Assembly (NCBI RefSeq): GCF_009914755.1
Contig: NC_060933.1
Origin: the human T2T-CHM13v2.0 reference genome, Homo sapiens
Reading direction: 5' to 3' (one strand)
DNA length: 64,000 bases
Part shown: piece by piece, positions 38,440 through 50,687 of the stretch
Layout of the letters: each line of letters begins with the position of its first letter
Numbering within the stretch: position 1 is the first letter of the stretch
Position numbers and translations under genes: made by a program
The notes under the pieces: model-generated
What the model was told of the DNA's origin: nothing
Databases searched by the model: none
The model's input: the letters and a program-made list of their open reading frames with translations, nothing else

Positions 38440-41400
38440 ATTCTCAGAAACTTGTTTGTGATGTGTGTATTCAACTAACAGAGATGAACCTTTCTTTTTA
38501 CAGAGCAGTTTTGAAACACTCTTTTTGTGGAATCTGAAAGTGGATATTTGGATAGCTTTGAGGATTTCGTTGGAAACGGGATTACATATAAAACCTAGAG
38601 AGAAGCATTCTCAGGAACTTCTTTGTGATGTTTGCATTCAAGTCACAGAACTGAACATTCCCTTTCATAGAGCAGGTTTGAAACACTCCTTCTGTAGTAT
38701 CTGCAAGCTGACGTTTCAAGCGCTTTCAGGCCTATGGTGAGAAAGGAAATATCTTCAAGTAAAAACTAGACAGAAGCATTCTCAGAAACTTATTTGCGAT
38801 GTGTGTTCTCAACTAACAGAGTTGAACCTTTGTTTTGATATGGCATTTTGGAAACACTCTTTTTGTAGAATCTGCAGGTGGATATTCGGATAGCTTTGAA
38901 GGTTTCGTTGGAAACGGGAATATCTTCATATAAAATCTAGACGGAAGCATTCTCAGAAACTGCTTTGTGATGTTTTCATTCAAGTCACAGAGTAGAATGT
39001 TCCCTGTTATATACCAGGTTTGAGACACTCTTTCTGCACTACCTGGAAGTGGACATTTGCAGCGCTTTGAGGCCTATGATGAAAAAGGAAATATCTTCCC
39101 ATAAAAACTAGACAGAAGCATTCTCAGAAACTTGTTTGTGATGTGTGTATTCAACTAACAGAGATGAACCTTTCTTTTTACAGAGCAGTTTTGAAACACT
39201 CTTTTTGTGGAATCTGAAAGTGGATATTTGGATAGCTTTGAGGATTTCGTTGGAAACAGGATTACATATAAAATCTAGAGAGAAGCATTCTCAGGAACTT
39301 CTTTGTGATGTTTGCATTCACGTCACAGAACTGAACATTCCCTTTCATAGAGCATGTTTGAAACACTCTTTCTGTAGTATCTGCAAACGGACATTTCAAA
39401 CGCTTTCAGGCCTATGGTGAGAAAGGAAATATCTTCACATAAAAACTAGACAGAAGCATTCTCAGAAACTTATTTGCGATGTGTGTCCTCAACTAACAGA
39501 GTTGAACCTTTCTTTTGATACAACATTTTGGAAACACTCTTTTTGTAGAATCTGCAAGTGGATATTTGAATAGCTTTGAAGGTTTCGTTGGAAACGGGAA
39601 TATCTTCATATAAAATCAAGACAGAAGCATTCTCAGAAACTTCTCTGTGATGTTTGCATTCAACTCATAGAGTTGAACACTTCCCTTCATACAGCAGGTT
39701 AGAAACACTCTTTTTGTAATATTTGGAAGTGGACATTTGCAGCGCTTTGAGGCCTATGATGAAAAAGGTAATATCTTCCCATAAAAACTAGACAGAAGCA
39801 TTCTCAGAAACTTGTTTGTGATGTGTGTATTCAACTAACAGAGATGAACCTTTCTTTTTACAGAGCAGTTTTGAAACACTCTTTTTGTGGAATCTGAAAG
39901 TGGATATTTGGATAGCTTTGCGGATTTCGTTGGAAACGGGATTACATATAAAACCTAGAGAGAAGCATTCTCAGGAACTACTTTGCGATGTTTGCATTCA
40001 AGTCACAGAACTGAACATTCCCTTTCATAGAGCAGGTTTGAAACACTCTTTCTGTAGTATCTGCAAGCTGACGTTTCAAGCGCTTTCAGGCCTACGGTGA
40101 GAAAGGAAATTTCTGCAAGTAAAAACTAGACAGAAGCATTCTCAGAAACTTATTTGCGATGTGTGTTCTCAACTAACAGAGTTGAACCTTTGTTTTGATA
40201 TGGCATTTTGGAAACACTCTTTTTGTAGAATCTGCAGGTGGATATTCGGATAGCTTTGAAGGTTTCGTTGGAAACGGGAATATCTTCATATAAAATCTAG
40301 ACGGAAGCATTCTCAGAAACTGCTTTGTGATGTTTTCATTCAAGTCACAGAGTAGAATGTTCCCTGTTATATACCAGGTTTGAGACACTCTTTCTGCACT
40401 ACCTGGAAGTGGACGTTTGGAGCGCTTTGAGGCCTATGTTGAAAAAGGAAATATCTTCCCATAAAAACTAGACAGAAGCATTCTCAGAAACTTGTTTTTG
40501 ATGTGTGTATTCAACTAACAGAGATGAACCTTTCTTTTTACAGAGCAGTTTTGAAACACTCTTTTTGTGGAATCTGAAAGTGGATATTTGGATAGCTTTG
40601 AGGATTTCGTTGGAAACGGGATTACATATAAAATCTAGAGAGAAGCATTCTCAGGAACTTCTTTGTGATGTTTGCATTCACGTCACAGAACTGAACATTC
40701 CCTTTCATAGAGCATGTTTGAAACACTCTTTCTGTAGTATCTGCAAACGGACATTTCAAACGCTTTCAGGCCTATGGTGAGAAAGGAAATATCTTCAAAT
40801 AAAAACTAGACAGAAGCATTCTCAGAAACTTATTTGCGATGTGTGTCCTCAACTATCAGAGTTGAACCTTTCTTTTGATACAACATTTTGGAACCACTCT
40901 TTTTGTAGAATCTGCAAGTGGATATTTGAATAGCTTTGAAGGTTTCGTTGGAAACGGGAATATCTTCATATAAAATCAAGACAGAAGCATTCTCAGAAAC
41001 TTCTCTGTGATGTTTGCATTCAACTCATAGAGTTGAACACTTCCCTTCATACAGCAGGTTTGAAACACTCTTTTTGTAATATTTGGAAGTGGACATTTGC
41101 AGCGCTTTGAGGCCTATGATGAAAAAGGAAATATCTTCCCATAAAAACTAGACAGAAGCATTCTCAGAAACTTGTTTGTGATGTGTGTATTCAACTAACA
41201 GAGATGAACCTTTCTTTTTACAGAGCAGTTTTGAAACACTCTTTTTGTGGAATCTGAAAGTGGATATTTGGATAGCTTTGCGGATTTCGTTGGAAACGGG
41301 ATTACATATAAAATCTAGGGAGAAGCATTCTCAGGAACTTCTTTGTGATGTTTGCATTCAAGTCACAGAACTGAACATTCCCTTTCATAGAGCAGGTTTG

Positions 41401-42351
41401 AAACACTCTTTCTGTAGTATCTGCAAGCGGACGTTTTAAGCGCTTTCAGGCCTGTGGTGAGAAAGGAAATATCTTCAAATGAAAACTAGACAGAAGCATT
41501 CTCAGAAACTTATTTGCGATGTGTGTCCTCAACTAACAGAGTTGAACCTTTCTTTTGATACAACATTTTGGAAACACTCTTTTTGTAGAATCTGCAAGTG
41601 GATATTTGGATAGCTTTGAAGGTTTCGTTGGAAACGGGAATATCTTCATATGAAATCAAGACAGAAGCATTCTCAGAAACTTCTCTGTGATGTTTGCATT
41701 CAACTCATAGAGTTGAACACTTCCCTTCATACAGCAGGTTTGAAACACTCTTTTTCTAATATTTGGAAGTGGACATTTGCAGCGCTTTGAGGCCTATGTT
41801 GAAAAAGGAAATATCTTCTCCTAAAAACCAGACAGAAGCATTCTCAGAAACTTCCTTGTGATGTGTGTACTCAAGTAACAGAGTTGAACCTTCCTTTTGA
41901 CAGAGCCGTTTTGAAGCACTCTTTTTGTAGAATCTGCAAGTGGATATTTTGATACCTTTGAGGATTTCGTTGGACACGGGATATCTTCATATAAAATCTA
42001 GACAGAAGCATTCTCAAAAACTTCTTTGTGCTGTATGTCCTCAATTAACAGAGTTGAACCTTTGTGTGGATACAGCATTTTGGAAACATTCCTTTAGTAG
42101 AATCTGCAAGTTGATATTTAGATAGCTAGGAAGATTTCCTTGGAAACGGGAATATCTTCATATAAAATCTAGACGGAAGCATTCTCAGAAAGTGCTTTGT
42201 GATGTTTGCATTCAAGTCACAGAGTTGAATATTCCCTTTTATAGAGCAGGTTTGAAACACTCTTTCTGCACTACCTGGAAGTGGACATTTGGAGCGCTTT
42301 GAGGCCTATGTTGAAAAAGGAAATATCTTCCCATAAAAACTAGACAGAAGC
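38440..42351 (+). repeat. 23-mer HOR, 3912 bp
   Basis: 5x680+512. Confidence 0.9.
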
Positions 42352-44223
42352 ATTCTCAGAAACTTGTTTGTGATGTGTGTATTCAACTAACAGAGATGAA
42401 CCTTTCTTTTTACAGAGCAGTTTTGAAACACTCTTTTTGTGGAATCTGAAAGTGGATATTTGGATAGCTTTGAGGATTTCGTTGGAAACGGGATTACATA
42501 TAAAACCTAGAGAGAAGCATTCTCAGGAACTTCTTTGTGATGTTTGCCTTCAAGTCACAGGACTGAACATTCCCTTTCATAGAGCAGGTTTGAAACACTC
42601 TTTCTGTAGTATCTGCAAGCTGACGTTTCAAGCGCTTTCAGGCCTATGGTGAGAAAGGAAATATCTTCAAGTAAAAACTAGACAGAAGCATTCTCAGAAA
42701 CTTATTTGAGATGTGTGTTCTCAACTAACAGAGTTGAACCTTTGTTTTGATATGGCATTTTGGAAACACTCTTTTTGTAGAATCTGCAGGTGGATATTCG
42801 GATAGCTTTGAAGGTTTCGTTGGAAACGGGAATATCTTCATATAAAATCAAGACAGAAGCATTCTCAGAAACTTCTCTGTGATGTTTGCATTCAACTCGT
42901 AGAGTTGAACACTTCCCTTCATACAGCAGGTTTGAAACACTCTTTTTGTAATATTTGGAAGTGGACATTTGCAGCGATTTGAGGCCTATGATGAAAAAGG
43001 AAATATCTTCCCATAAAAACTAGACAGAAGCATTCTCAGAAACTTGTTTGTGATGTGTGTATTCAACTAACAGAGATGAACCTTTCTTTTTACAGAGCAG
43101 TTTTGAAACACTCTTTTTGTGGAATCTGAAAGTGGATATTTGGATAGCTTTGCGGATTTCGTTGGAAACGGGATTACATATAAAATCTAGGGAGAAGCAT
43201 TCTCAGGAACTTCTTTGTGATGTTTGCATTCAAGTCACAGAACTGAACATTCCCTTTCATAGAGCAGGTTTGAAACACTCTTTCTGTAGTATCTGCAAGC
43301 GGACGTTTTAAGCGCTTTCAGGCCTGTGGTGAGAAAGGAAATATCTTCAAATAAAAACTAGACAGAAGCATTCTCAGAAACTTATTTGCGATGTGTGTCC
43401 TCAACTAACAGAGTTGAACCTTTCTTTTGATACAACATTTTGGAAACACTCTTTTTGTAGAATCTGCAAGTGGATATTTGGATAGCTTTGAAGGTTTCGT
43501 TGGAAACGGGAATATCTTCATATGAAATCAAGACAGAAGCATTCTCAGAAACTTCTCTGTGATGTTTGCATTCAACTCATAGAGTTGAACACTTCCCTTC
43601 ATACAGCAGGTTTGAAACACTCTTTTTGTAATATTTGGAAGTGGACATTTGCAGCGCTTTGAGGCCTATGTTGAAAAAGGAAATATCTTCTCCTAAAAAC
43701 CAGACAGAAGCATTCTCAGAAACTTCCTTGTGATGTGTGTACTCAAGTAACAGAGTTGAACCTTCATTTTGACAGAGCAGTTTTGAAGCACTCTTTTTGT
43801 AGAATCTGCAAGTGGATATTTTGATACCTTTGAGGATTTCGTTGGACACGGGATATCTTCATATAAAATCTAGACAGAAGCATTCTCAGAAACTTCTTTG
43901 TGCTGTATGTCCTCAATTAACAGAGTTGAACCTTTGTGTGGATACAGCATTTTGGAAACATTCCTTTAGTAGAATCTGCAAGTTGATATTTAGATAGCTA
44001 GGAAGATTTCCTTGGAAACGGGAATATCTTCATATAAAATCTAGACGGAAGCATTCTCAGAAAGTGCTTTGTGATGTTTGCATTCAAGTCACAGAGTTGA
44101 ATATTCCCTTTTATAGAGCAGGTTTGAAACACTCTTTCTGCACTACCTGGAAGTGGACATTTGGAGCGCTTTGAGGCCTATGTTGAAAAAGGAAATATCT
44201 TCCCATAAAAACTAGACAGAAGC
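42352..44223 (+). repeat. 11-mer HOR (L/H type)
   Basis: 2x680+512. Confidence 0.9.
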
Positions 44224-47200
44224 ATTCTCAGAAACTTGTTTGTGATGTGTGTATTCAACTAACAGAGATGAACCTTTCTTTTTACAGAGCAGTTTTGAAA
44301 CACTCTTTTTGTGGAATCTGAAAGTGGATATTTGGATAGCTTTGAGGATTTCGTTGGAAACGGGATTACATATAAAACCTAGAGAGAAGCATTCTCAGGA
44401 ACTTCTTTTTGATGTTTGCCTTCAAGTCACAGGACTGAACATTCCCTTTCATAGAGCAGGTTTGAAACACTCTTTCTGTAGTATCTGCAAGCTGACGTTT
44501 CAAGCGCTTTCAGGCCTATGGTGAGAAAGGAAATATCTTCAAGTAAAAACTAGACAGAAGCATTCTCAGAAACATATTTGCCATGTGTGTTCTCAACTAA
44601 CAGAGTTGAACCTTTGTTTTGATACGGCATTTTGGAAACACTCTTTTTGTAGTATCTGCAGGTGGATATTCGGATAGCTTTGAAGGTTTCGTTGGAAACG
44701 GGAATATCTTCATATAAAATCTAGACGGAAGCATTCTCAGAAACTGCTTTGTGATGTTTTCATTCAAGTCACAGAGTAGAATGTTCCCTGTTATATACCA
44801 GGTTTGAGACACTCTTTCTGCACTACCTGGAAGTGGACGTTTGGAGCGCTTTGAGGCCTATGTTGAAAAAGGAAATATCTTCCCATAAAAACTAGACAGA
44901 AGCATTCTCAGAAACTTGTTTGTGATGTGTGTATTCAACAAACAGAGATGAACCTTTCTTTTTACAGAGCAGTTTTGAAACACTCTTTTTGTGGAATCTG
45001 AAAGTGGATATTTGGATAGCTTTGAGGATTTCGTTGGAAACGGGATTACATATAAAACCTAGAGAGAAGCATTCTCAGGAACTTCTTTGTGATGTTTGCA
45101 TTCAAGTCACAGAACTGAACATTCCCTTTCATAGAGCAGGTTTGAAACACTCTTTCTGTAGTATCTGCAAGCTGACGTTTCAAGCGCTTTCAGGCCTATG
45201 GTGAGAAAGGAAATATCTTCAAGTAAAAACTAGACAGAAGCATTCTCAGAAACTTATTTGCGATGTGTGTTCTCAACTAACAGAGTTGAACCTTTGTTTT
45301 GATATGGCATTTTGGAAACACTCTTTTTGTAGAATCTGCAGGTGGATATTCGGATAGCTTTGAAGGTTTCGTTGGAAACGGGAATATCTTCATATAAAAT
45401 CTAGACGGAAGCATTCTCAGAAACTGCTTTGTGATGTTTTCATTCAAGTCACACAGTAGAATGTTCCCTGTTATATACCAGGTTTGAGACACTCTTTCTG
45501 CACTACCTGGAAGTGGACATTTGCAGCGCTTTGAGGCCTATGATGAAAAAGGAAATATCTTCCCATAAAAACTAGACAGAAGCATTCTCAGAAACTTGTT
45601 TGTGATGTGTGTATTCAACTAACAGAGATGAACCTTTCTTTTTACAGAGCAGTTTTGAAACACTCTTTTTGTGGAATCTGAAAGTGGATATTTGGATAGC
45701 TTTGAGGATTTCGTTGGAAACAGGATTACATATAAAATCTAGAGAGAAGCATTCTCAGGAACTTCTTTGTGATGTTTGCATTCACGTCACAGAACTGAAC
45801 ATTCCCTTTCATAGAGCATGTTTGAAACACTCTTTCTGTAGTATCTGCAAACGGACATTTCAAACGCTTTCAGGCCTATGGTGAGAAAGGAAATATCTTC
45901 ACATAAAAACTAGACAGAAGCATTCTCAGAAACTTATTTGCGATGTGTGTCCTCAACTAACAGAGTTGAACCTTTCTTTTGATACAACATTTTGGAAACA
46001 CTCTTTTTGTAGAATCTGCAAGTGGATATTTGAATAGCTTTGAAGGTTTCGTTGGAAACGGGAATATCTTCATATAAAATCAAGACAGAAGCATTCTCAG
46101 AAACTTCTCTGTGATGTTTGCATTCAACTCATAGAGTTGAACACTTCCCTTCATACAGCAGGTTTGAAACACTCTTTTTGTAATATTTGGAAGTGGACAT
46201 TTGCAGCGCTTTGAGGCCTATGATGAAAAAGGTAATATCTTCCCATAAAAACTAGACAGAAGCATTCTCAGAAACTTGTTTGTGATGTGTGTATTCAACT
46301 AACAGAGATGAACCTTTCTTTTTACAGAGCAGTTTTGAAACACTCTTTTTGTGGAATCTGAAAGTGGATATTTGGATAGCTTTGCGGATTTCGTTGGAAA
46401 CGGGATTACATATAAAACCTAGAGAGAAGCATTCTCAGGAACTACTTTGCGATGTTTGCATTCAAGTCACAGAACTGAACATTCCCTTTCATAGAGCAGG
46501 TTTGAAACACTCTTTCTGTAGTATCTGCAAGCTGACGTTTCAAGCGCTTTCAGGCCTACGGTGAGAAAGGAAATTTCTGCAAGTAAAAACTAGACAGAAG
46601 CATTCTCAGAAACTTATTTGCGATGTGTGTTCTCAACTAACAGAGTTGAACCTTTGTTTTGATATGGCATTTTGGAAACACTCTTTTTGTAGAATCTGCA
46701 GGTGGATATTCGGATAGCTTTGAAGGTTTCGTTGGAAACGGGAATATCTTCATATAAAATCTAGACGGAAGCATTCTCAGAAACTGCTTTGTGATGTTTT
46801 CATTCAAGTCACAGAGTAGAATGTTCCCTGTTATATACCAGGTTTGAGACACTCTTTCTGCACTACCTGGAAGTGGACGTTTGGAGCGCTTTGAGGCCTA
46901 TGTTGAAAAAGGAAATATCTTCCCATAAAAACTAGACAGAAGCATTCTCAGAAACTTGTTTTTGATGTGTGTATTCAACTAACAGAGATGAACCTTTCTT
47001 TTTACAGAGCAGTTTTGAAACACTCTTTTTGTGGAATCTGAAAGTGGATATTTGGATAGCTTTGAGGATTTCGTTGGAAACGGGATTACATATAAAATCT
47101 AGAGAGAAGCATTCTCAGGAACTTCTTTGTGATGTTTGCATTCACGTCACAGAACTGAACATTCCCTTTCATAGAGCATGTTTGAAACACTCTTTCTGTA

Positions 47201-48815
47201 GTATCTGCAAACGGACATTTCAAACGCTTTCAGGCCTATGGTGAGAAAGGAAATATCTTCAAATAAAAACTAGACAGAAGCATTCTCAGAAACTTATTTG
47301 CGATGTGTGTCCTCAACTATCAGAGTTGAACCTTTCTTTTGATACAACATTTTGGAACCACTCTTTTTGTAGAATCTGCAAGTGGATATTTGAATAGCTT
47401 TGAAGGTTTCGTTGGAAACGGGAATATCTTCATATAAAATCAAGACAGAAGCATTCTCAGAAACTTCTCTGTGATGTTTGCATTCAACTCATAGAGTTGA
47501 ACACTTCCCTTCATACAGCAGGTTTGAAACACTCTTTTTGTAATATTTGGAAGTGGACATTTGCAGCGCTTTGAGGCCTATGATGAAAAAGGAAATATCT
47601 TCCCATAAAAACTAGACAGAAGCATTCTCAGAAACTTGTTTGTGATGTGTGTATTCAACTAACAGAGATGAACCTTTCTTTTTACAGAGCAGTTTTGAAA
47701 CACTCTTTTTGTGGAATCTGAAAGTGGATATTTGGATAGCTTTGCGGATTTCGTTCGAAACGGGATTACATATAAAATCTAGGGAGAAGCATTCTCAGGA
47801 ACTTCTTTGTGATGTTTGCATTCAAGTCACAGAACTGAACATTCCCTTTCATAGAGCAGGTTTGAAACACTCTTTCTGTAGTATCTGCAAGCGGACGTTT
47901 TAAGCGCTTTCAGGCCTGTGGTGAGAAAGGAAATATCTTCAAATGAAAACTAGACAGAAGCATTCTCAGAAACTTATTTGCGATGTGTGTCCTCAACTAA
48001 CAGAGTTGAACCTTTCTTTTGATACAACATTTTGGAAACACTCTTTTTGTAGAATCTGCAAGTGGATATTTGGATAGCTTTGAAGGTTTCGTTGGAAACG
48101 GGAATATCTTCATATGAAATCAAGACAGAAGCATTCTCAGAAACTTCTCTGTGATGTTTGCATTCAACTCATAGAGTTGAACACTTCCCTTCATACAGCA
48201 GGTTTGAAACACTCTTTTTCTAATATTTGGAAGTGGACATTTGCAGCGCTTTGAGGCCTATGTTGAAAAAGGAAATATCTTCTCCTAAAAACCAGACAGA
48301 AGCATTCTCAGAAACTTCCTTGTGATGTGTGTACTCAAGTAACAGAGTTGAACCTTCCTTTTGACAGAGCAGTTTTGAAGCACTCTTTTTGTAGAATCTG
48401 CAAGTGGATATTTTGATACCTTTGAGGATTTCGTTGGACACGGGATATCTTCATATAAAATCTAGACAGAAGCATTCTCAAAAACTTCTTTGTGCTGTAT
48501 GTCCTCAATTAACAGAGTTGAACCTTTGTGTGGATACAGCATTTTGGAAACATTCCTTTAGTAGAATCTGCAAGTTGATATTTAGATAGCTAGGAAGATT
48601 TCCTTGGAAACGGGAATATCTTCATATAAAATCTAGACGGAAGCATTCTCAGAAAGTGCTTTGTGATGTTTGCATTCAAGTCACAGAGTTGAATATTCCC
48701 TTTTATAGAGCAGGTTTGAAACACTCTTTCTGCACTACCTGGAAGTGGACATTTGGAGCGCTTTGAGGCCTATGTTGAAAAAGGAAATATCTTCCCATAA
48801 AAACTAGACAGAAGC
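44224..48815 (+). repeat. 27-mer HOR, 4592 bp
   Basis: 6x680+512. Confidence 0.9.
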
Positions 48816-50687
48816 ATTCTCAGAAACTTGTTTGTGATGTGTGTATTCAACTAACAGAGATGAACCTTTCTTTTTACAGAGCAGTTTTGAAACACTCTTT
48901 TTGTGGAATCTGAAAGTGGATATTTGGATAGCTTTGAGGATTTCGTTGGAAACGGGATTACATATAAAACCTAGAGAGAAGCATTCTCAGGAAGTTCTTT
49001 GTGATGTTTGCCTTCAAGTCACAGGACTGAACATTCCCTTTCATAGAGCAGGTTTGAAACACTCTTTCTGTAGTATCTGCAAGCTGACGTTTCAAGCGCT
49101 TTCAGGCCTATGGTGAGAAAGGAAATATCTTCAAGTAAAAACTAGACAGAAGCATTCTCAGAAACTTATTTGAGATGTGTGTTCTCAACTAACAGAGTTG
49201 AACCTTTGTTTTGATATGGCATTTTGGAAACACTCTTTTTGTAGAATCTGCAGGTGGATATTCGGATAGCTTTGAAGGTTTCGTTGGAAACGGGAATATC
49301 TTCATATAAAATCAAGACAGAAGCATTCTCAGAAACTTCTCTGTGATGTTTGCATTCAACTCGTAGAGTTGAACACTTCCCTTCATACAGCAGGTTTGAA
49401 ACACTCTTTTTGTAATATTTGGAAGTGGACATTTGCAGCGCTTTGAGGCCTATGATGAAAAAGGAAATATCTTCCCATAAAAACTAGACAGAAGCATTCT
49501 CAGAAACTTGTTTGTGATGTGTGTATTCAACTAACAGAGATGAACCTTTCTTTTTACAGAGCAGTTTTGAAACACTCTTTTTGTGGAATCTGAAAGTGGA
49601 TATTTGGATAGCTTTGCGGATTTCGTTGGAAACGGGATTACATATAAAATCTAGGGAGAAGCATTCTCAGGAACTTCTTTGTGATGTTTGCATTCAAGTC
49701 ACAGAACTGAACATTCCCTTTCATAGAGCAGGTTTGAAACACTCTTTCTGTAGTATCTGCAAGCGGACGTTTTAAGCGCTTTCAGGCCTGTGGTGAGAAA
49801 GGAAATATCTTCAAATAAAAACTAGACAGAAGCATTCTCAGAAACTTATTTGCGATGTGTGTCCTCAACTAACAGAGTTGAACCTTTCTTTTGATACAAC
49901 ATTTTGGAAACACTCTTTTTGTAGAATCTGCAAGTGGATATTTGGATAGCTTTGAAGGTTTCGTTGGAAACGGGAATATCTTCATATGAAATCAAGACAG
50001 AAGCATTCTCAGAAACTTCTCTGTGATGTTTGCATTCAACTCATAGAGTTGAACACTTCCCTTCATACAGCAGGTTTGAAACACTCTTTTTGTAATATTT
50101 GGAAGTGGACATTTGCAGCGCTTTGAGGCCTATGTTGAAAAAGGAAATATCTTCTCCTAAAAACCAGACAGAAGCATTCTCAGAAACTTCCTTGTGATGT
50201 GTGTACTCAAGTAACAGAGTTGAACCTTCATTTTGACAGAGCAGTTTTGAAGCACTCTTTTTGTAGAATCTGCAAGTGGATATTTTGATACCTTTGAGGA
50301 TTTCGTTGGACACGGGATATCTTCATATAAAATCTAGACAGAAGCATTCTCAGAAACTTCTTTGTGCTGTATGTCCTCAATTAACAGAGTTGAACCTTTG
50401 TGTGGATACAGCATTTTGGAAACATTCCTTTAGTAGAATCTGCAAGTTGATATTTAGATAGCTAGGAAGATTTCCTTGGAAACGGGAATATCTTCATATA
50501 AAATCTAGACGGAAGCATTCTCAGAAAGTGCTTTGTGATGTTTGCATTCAAGTCACAGAGTTGAATATTCCCTTTTATAGAGCAGGTTTGAAACACTCTT
50601 TCTGCACTACCTGGAAGTGGACATTTGGAGCGCTTTGAGGCCTATGTTGAAAAAGGAAATATCTTCCCATAAAAACTAGACAGAAGC
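48816..50687 (+). repeat. 11-mer HOR (L/H type)
   Basis: 2x680+512. Confidence 0.9.

Noticed and set aside
47749-47765. Box variants TTCGTTCGAAACGGG (47756), TTGCAAAC (17139) and GGACGCGGG (19524)
   Set aside because: They change only non-essential CENP-B box positions and are singletons.
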